Part shown: positions 27,599-38,319 of the stretch, piece by piece
Position numbering within the stretch: the first letter of the stretch is position 1
Layout: every line of letters begins with the position of its first letter
Origin: an uncultured virus (IMG/VR IMGVR_UViG_3300042987_002221)
Taxonomy: Duplodnaviria > Heunggongvirae > Uroviricota > Caudoviricetes
IMG/VR virus record: IMGVR_UViG_3300042987_002221
Location: 62,001 to 121,204 of that record
DNA: 59,204 nucleotides
Strand: one strand, 5' to 3'
Notes under the pieces: model-generated
Seen by the model: the letters and a program-made list of their open reading frames with translations, nothing else
What the model was told of the DNA's origin: nothing
Database searches by the model: none
Translations under genes and position numbers: made by a program

Positions 27599-28567
27599 AT
27601 GATGTTAGATATATTGTCCATTATTCCAGGCAACAAGAAAAAGACCCAAAGTGGCTGGTATAGCTTCAATGGGGTATGTTGTCATCATCGTGGACATAAT
27701 CCAGACAAGCGTGGACGGTCTGGATTAAAGTTTGACAATAATAATTGGTCAATACATTGCTTTAACTGCAATTTCAAATGTGGATTTACATTAGGCAAAT
27801 CTATCAGTAAGAATTGCAGAAGTTTTCTAGCTTGGTGTGGTATCGATCAAGACCAAATCAATAAATGGAATCTGCAAAGTTTACAAAACAAAGATGCATT
27901 AGATTTAATCACACAAAAGCCAAAAAAGATCAAAATCAAGTTTGACGAATACAAAGTTAAAGAAGGTATAGCAATAGATGTTAATAATAGTGACCATGAA
28001 ATCTATGTTAAATATCTAGCAAGCAGGCATATTGATGCTACACGCTATCCTTTCTTGATTACTCCTGATGTTGCGGGTAGAAATCGCAACAGAATCATCA
28101 TACCTTATTTTTACAAGAACAAAATTGTAGGACAAACAAGTAGGTATATTGATAACAAAATTCCAAAATACATTAATGAGCAACCAGAAGGTTATGTATT
28201 TGGCATAGATTTTCAGAAACCAAATTGGCAATATTGTGTTGTCACCGAGGGAATTTTTGATGCACTATCTATAGATGGATGTGCAATAATGCACAGTGAT
28301 ATTAATGATTTACAAGCAAGATTGTTAAGCACTTTACAGCGTCAAATAATCTATGTTCCAGATAGAGATAAAGCAGGGCTTCAAGTGTGCGAACGAGCAT
28401 TAGATTTGGGGTACAAGATTAGTTTACCTGAATGGGATAAAAACATAAAAGATGTAAATGATGCAGTAGTGAAGTACGGTAAATTCAACACCATTCAAAG
28501 CATATTACAAAATACAACCACAAGTCTTATTAAATTAGAAATGTATAGGAGAAAATTTACGAAATGA
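27599..28567 (+). CDS. gp61: DNA primase, T4 gp61-like
   Basis: N-terminal zinc-binding region (HCFNC), TOPRIM EGIFDA, PDRD.AG, KDVND. Confidence 0.88.
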   Translation: MMLDILSIIPGNKKKTQSGWYSFNGVCCHHRGHNPDKRGRSGLKFDNNNWSIHCFNCNFKCGFTLGKSISKNCRSFLAWCGIDQDQINKWNLQSLQNKDALDLITQKPKKIKIKFDEYKVKEGIAIDVNNSDHEIYVKYLASRHIDATRYPFLITPDVAGRNRNRIIIPYFYKNKIVGQTSRYIDNKIPKYINEQPEGYVFGIDFQKPNWQYCVVTEGIFDALSIDGCAIMHSDINDLQARLLSTLQRQIIYVPDRDKAGLQVCERALDLGYKISLPEWDKNIKDVNDAVVKYGKFNTIQSILQNTTTSLIKLEMYRRKFTK

Positions 28568-29997
28568 CGAATGATTATAGTTATGAAGTTCAACTTTTGT
28601 TTTTGAGGATGATGATAACTAATGCTGAGTTATATACCAGAGTTACCAATATCATGAATCCACAAAACTTTGATAAGAAGTTGAGACCAGTATGTGAATT
28701 TATAGTTGACTATTCTAAGAACTACAATATATTACCAGACCCTATTCAGTTAAAGGCAGTAACCGAAACTGAAGTAGAAATCATTCCTGAATTAAATGAT
28801 GATCATACCAATTGGTTTTTGAAGGAGTTTGAAGCCTTCACCAAGCGTCAAGAATTAGAACGTGCGATATTGAAGAGCGCGGAGTTGTTAGAAAAGAATG
28901 AATATGGGCCAGTTGAGAAACTAATCAAAGATGCGGTTCAAATTAGTTTGCAAAAAGATATGGGTACAGATTACTTCTATGACCCTAAATCTAGACTTAT
29001 GGCATTAAAGTCTAACAATGGTCAAGTATCGACTGGTTGGCCAAGTATGGACAAGAAACTGTATGGTGGATTTAACAGAGGTGAATTGCAGATTTTTGCA
29101 GGGTCATCTGGTTCAGGTAAAAGTCTATTCATGCAAAACTTAGCAGTTAATTGGGCTCAAGCAGGACTTAATGGTGTATATCTTACACTTGAATTAAGTG
29201 AGGGCCTCTGTAGTATGCGACTTGATAGTATGATGACTGATGTTTCAACCAAAGATATTTTTAAAAATATAGATGATGTTGAACTTAAAATCAAAATGAT
29301 GGCAAAACGATCAGGTCAGTTACGTGTTAAGTACATGCCAGCACAGAGTAATGTAAATGATATACGTGCTTATTGCAAGGAACTACAGGTTCAAACTGGT
29401 GTAAAAATTGATTTTTTATGTGTTGATTATTTGGACTTACTGATGCCAGTTGGTGCTAAGGTAAGCCCCAGTGATTTGTTCGTAAAAGACAAGTATGTAA
29501 GTGAAGAACTTAGAAATCTTGCAAAAGAGTTGAATGTATTGTTTGTAACAGCTAGTCAGTTGAATCGTACTGCGGTTGAAGAGATTGAATTTGACCACAG
29601 TCATATCAGTGGTGGTATTTCAAAGATCAATACTGCTGATAATGTTTTTGGTATTTTCACAAGTAGAAGTATGCGTGAGCGCGGTCAATATCAATTACAG
29701 TTAATGAAAACACGATCAAGTTCTGGGGTAGGTCAAAAAATTGAATTAGATTTCAATGTCGAGACATTAAGAATCACAGACCCAGACAAGGGTGAAGACA
29801 GTAATGTAGGTTACAACAAACCTAATCCTAGTCCTAACAACATTATAGGTACGTTGCAACAAAACAAAGTAAAAATTGATAGTGAAACTGGAGAAATTCT
29901 AAATACAGAAAATGAAGGTAAGAAAGTTGTTGCAAATACACAAGGAAACAAATTGAAGGCCTTGTTGAATGATCTAAAGACTAAGAAATATACTTAA
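28564..29997 (+). CDS. gp41: Replicative DnaB-like helicase, T4 gp41-like
   Basis: STGW, GSSGSGKS, TLELSE, VDYLDL, TASQLNR. Confidence 0.92.
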   Translation: MTNDYSYEVQLLFLRMMITNAELYTRVTNIMNPQNFDKKLRPVCEFIVDYSKNYNILPDPIQLKAVTETEVEIIPELNDDHTNWFLKEFEAFTKRQELERAILKSAELLEKNEYGPVEKLIKDAVQISLQKDMGTDYFYDPKSRLMALKSNNGQVSTGWPSMDKKLYGGFNRGELQIFAGSSGSGKSLFMQNLAVNWAQAGLNGVYLTLELSEGLCSMRLDSMMTDVSTKDIFKNIDDVELKIKMMAKRSGQLRVKYMPAQSNVNDIRAYCKELQVQTGVKIDFLCVDYLDLLMPVGAKVSPSDLFVKDKYVSEELRNLAKELNVLFVTASQLNRTAVEEIEFDHSHISGGISKINTADNVFGIFTSRSMRERGQYQLQLMKTRSSSGVGQKIELDFNVETLRITDPDKGEDSNVGYNKPNPSPNNIIGTLQQNKVKIDSETGEILNTENEGKKVVANTQGNKLKALLNDLKTKKYT

Positions 29998-30017
29998 TTC
30001 AGATAAATACTGGTATC

Positions 30018-30263
30018 ATGCAAAAGAAAACTAGAAGCTTGTTAGAAGAATTAGAATCGATAGGCAAGAATCGGGACATTAATTATGTTGTGGAAAACCG
30101 AGCCCACAACATAATTACAAGTGCCATTAATCTACTTGAAATGATCAACAAGCATTATGACAAAGAAACTGCTGAATTGCTTGAAAGAAAACTTTTAAAT
30201 GCAATACGAGTAAAAGATCAATCTAAGTTTTCAAAATCTATAAGGAAAAACCATGAAGTTTAA
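30018..30263 (+). CDS. Small late protein
   Basis: GATAAATA at 30002. Confidence 0.7.
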   Translation: MQKKTRSLLEELESIGKNRDINYVVENRAHNIITSAINLLEMINKHYDKETAELLERKLLNAIRVKDQSKFSKSIRKNHEV

Positions 30264-31158
30264 TGACTTTAAAAATAAAAACTTAGAAGAAGGTTTTTGG
30301 GGTAATATGTTAGATAAATTTCAAGGTGATACTGCTACTATTGCAAGAAATGAATTCGTCAAAAAATTCTTTCAAAAGGTATACACTGATTTAGATAGTG
30401 CTATTACAGGTGGGATGGTAGATCCAGATTCAACTGTATTTTTAGGACAACAAGCAAAACCGCAAACACCAACACAACCTCAGGCACAAACTGCTTCACC
30501 GCAACAAGGACAGGCACTTGATTTAGATGCATATAAACAACGTAGAGATCAAGAACGTGCTGCAGGAACACAAGCACAAAAAGATGCTATGGCTCAAATG
30601 CAACAAACAGCAGCAACAAATAAAGCAACATCAGCCGCAGATAACGAATTAGTTGCGAGAGTTAAAGCCGAAAAACTAAAACCTGGATTTCAGCAGAACA
30701 AAGGTTTACTTAGACAAGCTGCTGCAAGAGGAATACATGAATCCAAATATGATATTTTAAACAATATTTTTGAAAGTATTCTTAATGAACAAAATGAAGA
30801 TGGGACTATGAGTATAAGTCAATATCTTTATTCATGGGTTGACAAATATTCAGGTTTAGATTTTAACGCAAATCCAGAAACAGGAAAACGCTTAATAGCA
30901 TTGATAAATGATGTTCAAAAATCATATAAGCAAGACAAAGCAAGAGATGCAATGAATAAATTAGCAAATGCAGTATATGCATTAAGTTTTCAAGGTAAAG
31001 CTACAGCACCAAGTTATAACAGTGCAGCTACTGCACCGCAAGGTAAAAATTATTCAGCAGAAGATTTTTCTACTCAACTTGTTAACTTAATGCAAGCTTT
31101 TGCTCAAAAGTATCCTAGAGAATTCGCTATGTTCAAACAACAAATGAACAAGCCATAA
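30253..31158 (+). CDS. Late protein with MKFNDF...LEEG N-terminus
   Basis: SD AAGGA; Q/P/A-rich linker. Confidence 0.7.
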   Translation: MKFNDFKNKNLEEGFWGNMLDKFQGDTATIARNEFVKKFFQKVYTDLDSAITGGMVDPDSTVFLGQQAKPQTPTQPQAQTASPQQGQALDLDAYKQRRDQERAAGTQAQKDAMAQMQQTAATNKATSAADNELVARVKAEKLKPGFQQNKGLLRQAAARGIHESKYDILNNIFESILNEQNEDGTMSISQYLYSWVDKYSGLDFNANPETGKRLIALINDVQKSYKQDKARDAMNKLANAVYALSFQGKATAPSYNSAATAPQGKNYSAEDFSTQLVNLMQAFAQKYPREFAMFKQQMNKP

Positions 31159-31238
31159 TTATATCCTCAAACCGAATTTTTTAGTATTTGGAATAAATAT
31201 GTGTAGAGCAATTGCTCACAACATAAAGGAAAAATAAA

Positions 31239-31628
31239 ATGGCACAATTTACAAGAACACATGGTGACTTTCAACCAGTAATGAACTATGATGCACCAGA
31301 CTATACCGTCGGTGCAGTTAATGCGATCACTTCAGCCGCAACAGTACAACCTCAAGGTCCAAAGCTTGACTTTGCAACAGTTACTTTCACTGGTACTGGT
31401 ACAACTGGCGCTCAAATTCTAGCAACTATCAATGCTATTCAGCAACTTGCTGTTATCTACATGTATGAATTCACAACTGATACCAATGACACATTGGCAG
31501 TTGCATTCTACCCAATCAATGCATGGGGCGATGTTACAGCAACAGGCGCTGGTACACTAGATGCTGCTATTACTGCTGCTGCAGGCGAAGCTGTAAGTAT
31601 TGCTGCTACAGCAACATTCACTGGTTAA
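31239..31628 (+). CDS. Putative virion structural (decoration-like) protein
   Basis: AATAAATA at 31192, strong SD, Ala/Thr-rich, own terminator. Confidence 0.6.
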   Translation: MAQFTRTHGDFQPVMNYDAPDYTVGAVNAITSAATVQPQGPKLDFATVTFTGTGTTGAQILATINAIQQLAVIYMYEFTTDTNDTLAVAFYPINAWGDVTATGAGTLDAAITAAAGEAVSIAATATFTG

Positions 31629-31645
31629 TAAAACCAATCTCTAGC

Positions 31646-31677
31646 AAAAACCTGAGAAATATTTCTCAGGTTTTTTT
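31646..31677 (+). terminator. Intrinsic terminator
   Basis: Perfect palindrome AAAAACCTGAGAAATATTTCTCAGGTTTTT plus T-run. Confidence 0.85.
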
Positions 31678-31693
31678 ACCATTAAATATTTTA

Positions 31694-32125
31694 ATGAGTT
31701 TTAGGATATTATGTTATACGCTATTTGATGTTACTTTTTCGGAAATGAACATAAGAGCCAAACCAGATCCAAACAACACGCAAGAGTGGATTAAAAAGAG
31801 AAATAGTAAATGCAATTTTGACACGATTCAACAGTTGATTTCACTTAGATCACAACCAGAAATAGTTGTATTTCCTAAAATGATAAGTTTCGCTGATAAT
31901 ACATTTTTTGGTACACGATACAAAAACCAAAACTTAAAAGGTTGGAAATTTGTTTTTGAAGTACAACATGCTAAAGTCTTTGATCTTGAAGAAGAAAAAT
32001 TGAAATTACTGTATACTGATTGTCATAACGTTCCTATGTTATTGACCGGAGAAGAAATAAATAGTTTGAGTCCTATTTTAGAGACAACATTAAATAATAA
32101 AAATATACATTTTGAGTATGAATAA
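31694..32125 (+). CDS. Hypothetical protein
   Basis: ATG 31694 5 nt after TTAAATA; TLFD.T, N.DT..Q.I.LRSQP. Confidence 0.7.
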   Translation: MSFRILCYTLFDVTFSEMNIRAKPDPNNTQEWIKKRNSKCNFDTIQQLISLRSQPEIVVFPKMISFADNTFFGTRYKNQNLKGWKFVFEVQHAKVFDLEEEKLKLLYTDCHNVPMLLTGEEINSLSPILETTLNNKNIHFEYE

Positions 32126-32588
32126 AAACCTAAATAAAATTGAAAAGTTTTTCAACACATCGTTATCAGAAGAAGTAAAAAACTTCTGTATGTTTAAAAC
32201 CGATAATGGTTACGAACTATTTTGTAGGTATGAAGTTTTCAAACAAAATGGTCTTTTTCATGTCAAACAAAAATATAACTACACGGAGAAAACATTTTCT
32301 TCATTAATCAATGCTTTTTCTTGGTGTGTGTTTGATCATAGGAACAAAATATTGAAAGCCAATGCATTAGAAAAACTAGATAACTATCTAAATAGTGCTA
32401 ATTTTGATATAACTCTTTACTCTAAACTTTTGACAACAAAAAATTTGTCCATCGAAAGTGAATCATTGTATTTGAACAAACTAAACGAAGGTGAATTGAA
32501 AAAGAAAAAGATAGAAAAGGAAATTAATTTCTACAATAAAGAAGCGATTTTGTGGCAAGAGAAACAACTCTATGCACAAAAAAATTAA
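32118..32588 (+). CDS. Hypothetical protein
   Basis: ORF overlapping upstream stop. Confidence 0.7.
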   Translation: MNKNLNKIEKFFNTSLSEEVKNFCMFKTDNGYELFCRYEVFKQNGLFHVKQKYNYTEKTFSSLINAFSWCVFDHRNKILKANALEKLDNYLNSANFDITLYSKLLTTKNLSIESESLYLNKLNEGELKKKKIEKEINFYNKEAILWQEKQLYAQKN

Positions 32589-32631
32589 AAGGTATGATAA
32601 ATACTTTATAACTATTTCAGAAAGTAACACT

Positions 32632-33330
32632 ATGAGATTACAATCATTTGACTCTAAAAAAACCGCTGCTAAGGCTCTTAAAGAAAATTACAATGTTAAA
32701 TTTGATACCAGCAGGCTAAACAAACATGAAACAAAACTCATGTTGAACAAAGTCAGAAAACTTGCTATGGAGGCAAGGAAAGAAAGTAATTTTTATGACA
32801 TAAAAACAAATCCATCCTATATGAAATTAGTTTTTATGGAACAAGCATTGGTTGAGCATTACAATATTTTATTACGCAATCCTTCTGCTAAAATAATTGT
32901 TGAAGCTAGCAAAGTAGAAGAATCACAAGTTTATTTGGCTGCACAAGAAATAGTTGATAGTGTTCAGAAAATGATTGTTGATGTCAGCGATACTTTAGTC
33001 AAAGAGTTACCTGCATTAGTTCAAAGTATCACCTCTGATATTGGGGTAAATCAAGGTCAGCAATATGAACAAAAAGTAACTGAAACATTGAAGAACCTTT
33101 CTGCTCAACTTGATCAATCCAAAAAAGAATTAGAACAGGCGTTAATGATTATTGAAGGACAAGACGTTGGATTCCAAGACGAAACTGAACCAGATATGGG
33201 AATGGATGCATCTGAACCTGACATGGATATACCACCAGCACCTGAAATGGCTGGTGATGAAGAATTAGACGATTTTGAAGAGCCACCTGAGACAATGGAA
33301 ATTCCTGGTGCAGGAAGATCAAAAAGATAA
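32632..33330 (+). CDS. Acidic-tailed late protein, possible prohead core component
   Basis: GATAAATA at 32596; coiled coil; D/E/P-rich tail ending GRSKR. Confidence 0.6.
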   Translation: MRLQSFDSKKTAAKALKENYNVKFDTSRLNKHETKLMLNKVRKLAMEARKESNFYDIKTNPSYMKLVFMEQALVEHYNILLRNPSAKIIVEASKVEESQVYLAAQEIVDSVQKMIVDVSDTLVKELPALVQSITSDIGVNQGQQYEQKVTETLKNLSAQLDQSKKELEQALMIIEGQDVGFQDETEPDMGMDASEPDMDIPPAPEMAGDEELDDFEEPPETMEIPGAGRSKR

Positions 33331-33332
33331 TT

Positions 33333-33653
33333 ATGTTTCTTTTTGAATTCAGTGATGATCCAATGGTGACTAGGTTGATTGCCGTCACCGATCAATTAAA
33401 AACGGATTTAGAAAAAGATAAAAAAAAGAAGCCAGAAACATTAGATGAATTTCTGGCTTATTTGCGTAAGTATGATATTACATTAGATCAGAATGATCTT
33501 TTTAAAATGATCAAAAAACCTCCTCTGAAAAACATCATAAGTGATATAAAAAATAAACAAATTATTTTCAGGGGATATGAAGAGCCAAAAGAACCAAAAG
33601 AAAAAACTGATAGTATTGTCAAGCAGATGGCTAAAAAAGCTTCAAATCTATAA
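33333..33653 (+). CDS. Late protein with MFLFEF N-terminus
   Basis: 106-aa ORF; ends V.QMAKKA. Confidence 0.7.
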   Translation: MFLFEFSDDPMVTRLIAVTDQLKTDLEKDKKKKPETLDEFLAYLRKYDITLDQNDLFKMIKKPPLKNIISDIKNKQIIFRGYEEPKEPKEKTDSIVKQMAKKASNL

Positions 33654-33718
33654 ATTTTACCTATATGCTTGAAGTTAGGTAATTAATAAGTTAATATAGT
33701 TATTAACTTGTATTTTAC

Positions 33719-34408
33719 ATGACTAAACTTATACAAAAATTTGACTATCATAAGCTTAATAGGTTAGACACAGGAAATGGACGAAGATATTTAAGTCCAG
33801 ATGGTGAAAAACTTCCCTCTGTTACAACTGTGCTTGAAGCTACTAAAAGTGAAGAAAGTAAAAAAGCTTTACTTAATTGGCGAAAAAGAGTAGGGGAACA
33901 AAAAGCAAAAGAAATTACTACGGAAGCCGCAGGCCGCGGAACACGTATGCATAAATTTCTTGAAGACTATATTAAAACAGGATCACTGAGCGAGCCTGGA
34001 TCCAATCCATACAGCAAACAAAGCCACTTAATGGCTCAAACTATTATTGCTAATGGTTTAGTAAATTGTGATGAATTTTGGGGAATGGAAATATCACTTT
34101 ATTTTCCTAAAATCTATGCAGGTACAACCGATTTAGTTGGGATGCATAATGGCAGTCCTGCTATTATGGATCATAAACAAACCAATAAGCTAAAGAAAAA
34201 AGAATGGATTGAAGATTATTTTTTGCAATTGGCAGCTTACGCTAATGCACATAATGAAGTATATAATACCGATATTCGTAAAGGTGTGATTTTTATGTGT
34301 TCAGCAGATAACATATATCAAGAGTTCATAATTGAAGGTAATGAATTTGATCATTGGTCTAATCAATGGTTTAAGCGTTTAGAGGAGTACTACACTAAGT
34401 TCCTTTGA
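33719..34408 (+). CDS. PD-(D/E)xK exonuclease (RecB/Cas4-like fold)
   Basis: LPSVTTVL, RGT.MH, AGTTD, IMDHK, QLAAY. Confidence 0.85.
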   Translation: MTKLIQKFDYHKLNRLDTGNGRRYLSPDGEKLPSVTTVLEATKSEESKKALLNWRKRVGEQKAKEITTEAAGRGTRMHKFLEDYIKTGSLSEPGSNPYSKQSHLMAQTIIANGLVNCDEFWGMEISLYFPKIYAGTTDLVGMHNGSPAIMDHKQTNKLKKKEWIEDYFLQLAAYANAHNEVYNTDIRKGVIFMCSADNIYQEFIIEGNEFDHWSNQWFKRLEEYYTKFL

Positions 34409-34447
34409 AAGTGTGTGATAAATACACTAAAGTAGAAGGAATTAAGA

Positions 34448-36268
34448 ATGGCAATAGTCCAAATTTCAAAATTACAACAAAGATCAGGCAACTTAGTAGA
34501 TTTACCTCAACTAGACGAAGCTGAATTTGGTTGGGCGTCTGATGTAAAAAAACTTTACATAGGTAAAGAAACTCCAGTAGAAAACATTGAAGTTTTAACT
34601 TCATATTCAACTATTAGTTTCAGTCAGATTGATGGCTCTGTTGGAAATTTAAACATCGTGCAAGGTAATCTTGCTAATGGACAAGTTTTAACATACACCG
34701 GTACAGAATGGACTAATCGAGGAGCCACTTCAGGCGGATTAATAAATTTAGGTAATGTATCAAATGTAAAAATTACAGGCGGAGCAGCAAGTTATGTTCT
34801 AACTACTGACGGTACTGGAAACTTGTCATTTAGTCCCCAAGGTGTTTTATACACAAATATATTAGCGGTTTCTAGTGCTGCAACGGGTATAATGACCGTA
34901 GCAAATACTACTCCTTATACAAATGGACAATCTATTACCGTTTCGGGAGTATTAGGAACTAACGCAAACACCGTCATAAATGGTCAAACACTATATGTAC
35001 AGCTAGCAGTTGATTTTGCTACAACCGGAAATGTAAGTTTATACACTGATTCAGGATTAACAACAGGTTTAAATACTACCACCTTAACAGCGACTCCAAA
35101 TACAGGTATTGCAACTGCCGTATTAAGTACAGGTGGAGGCGTAATAGGTGCAGGTGGTTCAAATACACAGGTGCAATTTAATGATGGTAGCTTCCTTGCA
35201 GGAAACAGTAACTTTACATTTAACAAAACTACTTCAGTATTGACAGTGGTAGGAAATATCAGTGTAGGTAATTTAACTGCAACAAGTTCAATAAGTGGAT
35301 CAACACTTACATCAACAGTAAGTACTGGTACAGCGCCACTTACTGTGACCAGTACTACTAGAGTTACAAACTTAAATGTTGCAAGAGCAGGAAATGCAGA
35401 TAGTTTACAGACCAATACACAAACTACAGGTACATTTTTTCCTGTATTTGTAAGTGCAAGTTCAAATGCAAACTATGCATTGAATAGTAATACAAATTTA
35501 GTGTTTAATGCAGCAACAGGAAATTTATCTACTACAATTTTAAATGCTACCGGTAATGTATCTGGCGGTAATATTACCACTGCTGGTGTTGTTTCAGCTA
35601 CTGGTAATGTATCTGGTGGCAATATTACCACTGCTGGTGTTGTTTCAGCTACTGGTAATGTATCTGGTGGAAATATAACCACAGCAAATACTGTTTCAGG
35701 TTCTTTGTTGACAGGAACACTAACAACTGCATCACAGCCAAATGTAACAAGCGTCAGCACTTCTTTTACTAATCTTACATTTGCCAATGCTCAATCTATT
35801 ACAGGAAACAATTTGTCATTGACAACAGGTGCAAATACCAACCCCGGTACTATAACAGGGAATTGGACTTTAACAACAGGTAGTAGACTGCAAGCTACAT
35901 ATGCGGACTTAGCAGAATATTATTCGGCAGATGATTATTATCAGCCAGGTACTGTATTAGAATTTGGTGGAATGTTTGATGTTACTTTAGCAAGTGACGG
36001 GACAAACAAAGTAGCTGGAGTAGTTTCAACTGAACCAGCCTATGCAATGAATGCAAAATGTCCTGGATTAGCAGTTGCAATAGCGTTACAAGGAAGAGTT
36101 CCATGCAAAGTAAGAGGTAACATAGAAAAAGGCGATATGTTAATTAGTGCGGGGAATGGATTCGCTAGAGCTTCAATGAATCCTACAATAGGTTCTGTAA
36201 TAGGGAAAGCATTAGAAAACTTTAACGGAACAGAAGGTACTATAGAAGTAGCTGTAGGAAGACTGTAA
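34448..36268 (+). CDS. Tail fibre/appendage protein with C-terminal peptidase G2-like autocleavage domain
   Basis: GATAAATA at 34417; N-terminal LPQL..AEFGW..D...LYIG; G/N/T-rich repeats; ADLAEYY...GVVST.PA...GRVPCKV...IGKALE. Confidence 0.75.
   Translation: MAIVQISKLQQRSGNLVDLPQLDEAEFGWASDVKKLYIGKETPVENIEVLTSYSTISFSQIDGSVGNLNIVQGNLANGQVLTYTGTEWTNRGATSGGLINLGNVSNVKITGGAASYVLTTDGTGNLSFSPQGVLYTNILAVSSAATGIMTVANTTPYTNGQSITVSGVLGTNANTVINGQTLYVQLAVDFATTGNVSLYTDSGLTTGLNTTTLTATPNTGIATAVLSTGGGVIGAGGSNTQVQFNDGSFLAGNSNFTFNKTTSVLTVVGNISVGNLTATSSISGSTLTSTVSTGTAPLTVTSTTRVTNLNVARAGNADSLQTNTQTTGTFFPVFVSASSNANYALNSNTNLVFNAATGNLSTTILNATGNVSGGNITTAGVVSATGNVSGGNITTAGVVSATGNVSGGNITTANTVSGSLLTGTLTTASQPNVTSVSTSFTNLTFANAQSITGNNLSLTTGANTNPGTITGNWTLTTGSRLQATYADLAEYYSADDYYQPGTVLEFGGMFDVTLASDGTNKVAGVVSTEPAYAMNAKCPGLAVAIALQGRVPCKVRGNIEKGDMLISAGNGFARASMNPTIGSVIGKALENFNGTEGTIEVAVGRL
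35546..35686 (+). repeat. Tandem 51-nt (17-aa) repeat ATGNVSGGNITTAGVVS, ~2.8 copies
   Basis: Units start at 35546, 35597, 35648. Confidence 0.9.
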
Positions 36269-36282
36269 ATTTTATCCCATTT

Positions 36283-36352
36283 GATAAATACTGCATATAT
36301 TCACATAGGGTGAATTTATGCAGTACCCACTGCGTAGCGACTAGAACTCGCA
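36283..36352 (+). promoter_or_regulatory. Late promoter and structured 5' leader
   Basis: GATAAATA followed by three hairpins with an alternative pairing. Confidence 0.6.
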
Positions 36353-36373
36353 TATTTAATAAAGGAAAAACAA

Positions 36374-37615
36374 ATGGGACGTCCTCTTAAAATCGCAAAA
36401 GCACAAGCAGTTGTAACACTTACCGCAACTAATGGTACTACAGAAGTAGTTACAACAAGTGCAAATTTCACAAATTTAGGTATTATTGCTGGCATGACTT
36501 TTATTCCTGCTAGTAACGTAGGAAATTTAGTAGCTGGCACAACATATTGGATTCTTGAAGTTATAAATTCAGGTAATAACAGTACATTTACAGTTTCAGC
36601 AACTGATTTGTCCGCTAATCCAACTTTTACTAAATTTGACTTAGGTACTACTGCTGCACAATCAGTCGCGCTGACAGTAAATGTAGTTGATGCATATTTC
36701 AATAATCCAGTAAGTGGTGATGGATATCCAGCGACAAACACCAGTACTTATTCTGTAGTAGGCGGCAACACCAGTATTTACGGTAAACAAGTATTAGTAA
36801 GCGTTGCAATTGGTAGAACCGGAAATGGAACAATTTACGGAGACACTGGTAACACAAACATATACGGGCAAGATACAGATTTAGCTAACACATTATCTGT
36901 AGGATCAGCAGTTCAAGTCGCTGTAGCAAATGTTAACGGTTCTACTGACTACGTTGATATTGGTTTTGTCAGTTCTGTAACTGGTTATATCACTGTTGCG
37001 GTAGCTAATACAACTGCTACTGGTAATATCATCGGTACTTCAGGAAATGCTGAAACATTATTTGTTGGTGCTCCTGTAACATTTGATGCAAATACAGGTG
37101 GATTGACAACTGGTACTGTATATTTCGTTGATACTATTGCCAACGCAGCAGCATTTACTGTAGCTTCATCACAATATGGACCACAAGTTCAGTTGACAAC
37201 TGGTACTGATGTTTCTAATGCAACTATTGATGTTGCTGTATTAACGGCTAACGCTACTGCAAACTTCACCAATGCAGATTATGCATATGCAAACGATGAA
37301 GCAGGTTATATCGTTCGTCAAAAAGGTAAACAGAAGTATTTGGTAACAGGTACAACAACTGGTTTAACAGCTCCTTGCTTTACTGCAAACGTTGCTAATA
37401 CTGCATTGACTCCTAATACCATGAGCATTATTGCAACATATGCTAATTCTTCAACAACAAGAGTACAAAGTCTCAGTGATCATACTCTTGAAATATTTGG
37501 AACAGGTAACGTATTGCCAAATAGTACTCCAGCGTTTGCAACATTCAATACTGCATATGCTGCTGATACATATGGCGGACAACCTTACCCAATAGTAACA
37601 ATCAACAACGCCTAA
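36374..37615 (+). CDS. Virion structural protein
   Basis: MGRPLK start, T/A/N/V-rich, GYIVRQKG..KYLV; late promoter and strong SD. Confidence 0.7.
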   Translation: MGRPLKIAKAQAVVTLTATNGTTEVVTTSANFTNLGIIAGMTFIPASNVGNLVAGTTYWILEVINSGNNSTFTVSATDLSANPTFTKFDLGTTAAQSVALTVNVVDAYFNNPVSGDGYPATNTSTYSVVGGNTSIYGKQVLVSVAIGRTGNGTIYGDTGNTNIYGQDTDLANTLSVGSAVQVAVANVNGSTDYVDIGFVSSVTGYITVAVANTTATGNIIGTSGNAETLFVGAPVTFDANTGGLTTGTVYFVDTIANAAAFTVASSQYGPQVQLTTGTDVSNATIDVAVLTANATANFTNADYAYANDEAGYIVRQKGKQKYLVTGTTTGLTAPCFTANVANTALTPNTMSIIATYANSSTTRVQSLSDHTLEIFGTGNVLPNSTPAFATFNTAYAADTYGGQPYPIVTINNA

Positions 37616-37617
37616 GC

Positions 37618-38319
37618 ATGAATAAAACCATTGCTATTGCTGTAATTGAAACCAGAGACCATACTGCTGCGGAACTTGCTGTTCTTAGTACACTTAAAAG
37701 TACTCCTGCTAGTAAGGTCTATTGGGTAAGCAATCAAAAACCACGTGATGTATTTGGTTGTGAAACTCATTGGATACGTATTCGTCATTTTGATCCTACT
37801 GAAGAAGTTTTTAACAACTGGTACAGTAGGATTACACTTAGATTACTTCCTAGTGTAGTAGATGCAGATTTCAATATTATAGTACAAAGCGATGGTTATG
37901 CATTCAATGAGAAGGCTTGGACTGAAGAATTTTTACAATATGATTACATAGGTGCTCCTTGGCTTTGGTGGGGTACATTAGAAGAACAGATTGGAAATGG
38001 TGGATTCAGTCTTAGAAGTCGTAAACTGTATGATGCTTTAATTGATTGGGAACCTGGTTATTTAATTGAAGATTGGCCTTATTTGCCACTTCGTTATTAT
38101 AATCCAGGAAATAAAGAAGGGTTAAGTGAAGATAATCTTATTGCAGGGCCATATAGACCCATATTAGAAAAAAGATATGGGTGTAAATGGCCCTCAATTG
38201 ATTTAGCCCATCGCTGGAGTATAGAAGGGTCAGAAAGTTACAATAGTAACTGGTTTAAGAACAGTTTAGGCTTTCATGGCCGAGAAACAGCTTTACACTA
38301 TGGAATAAAGATATCATGA
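37618..38319 (+). CDS. DUF5672-like putative glycosyltransferase
   Basis: Q.DG, YDYIGAPW, GNGGFSLRS, ED, GFHG. Confidence 0.75.
   Translation: MNKTIAIAVIETRDHTAAELAVLSTLKSTPASKVYWVSNQKPRDVFGCETHWIRIRHFDPTEEVFNNWYSRITLRLLPSVVDADFNIIVQSDGYAFNEKAWTEEFLQYDYIGAPWLWWGTLEEQIGNGGFSLRSRKLYDALIDWEPGYLIEDWPYLPLRYYNPGNKEGLSEDNLIAGPYRPILEKRYGCKWPSIDLAHRWSIEGSESYNSNWFKNSLGFHGRETALHYGIKIS

Noticed and set aside
31523..31693. Cys-rich N-terminal extension of the 31523-32125 ORF
   Set aside because: Overlaps the 31239-31628 gene out of frame and crosses a terminator; ATG 31694 is the better start
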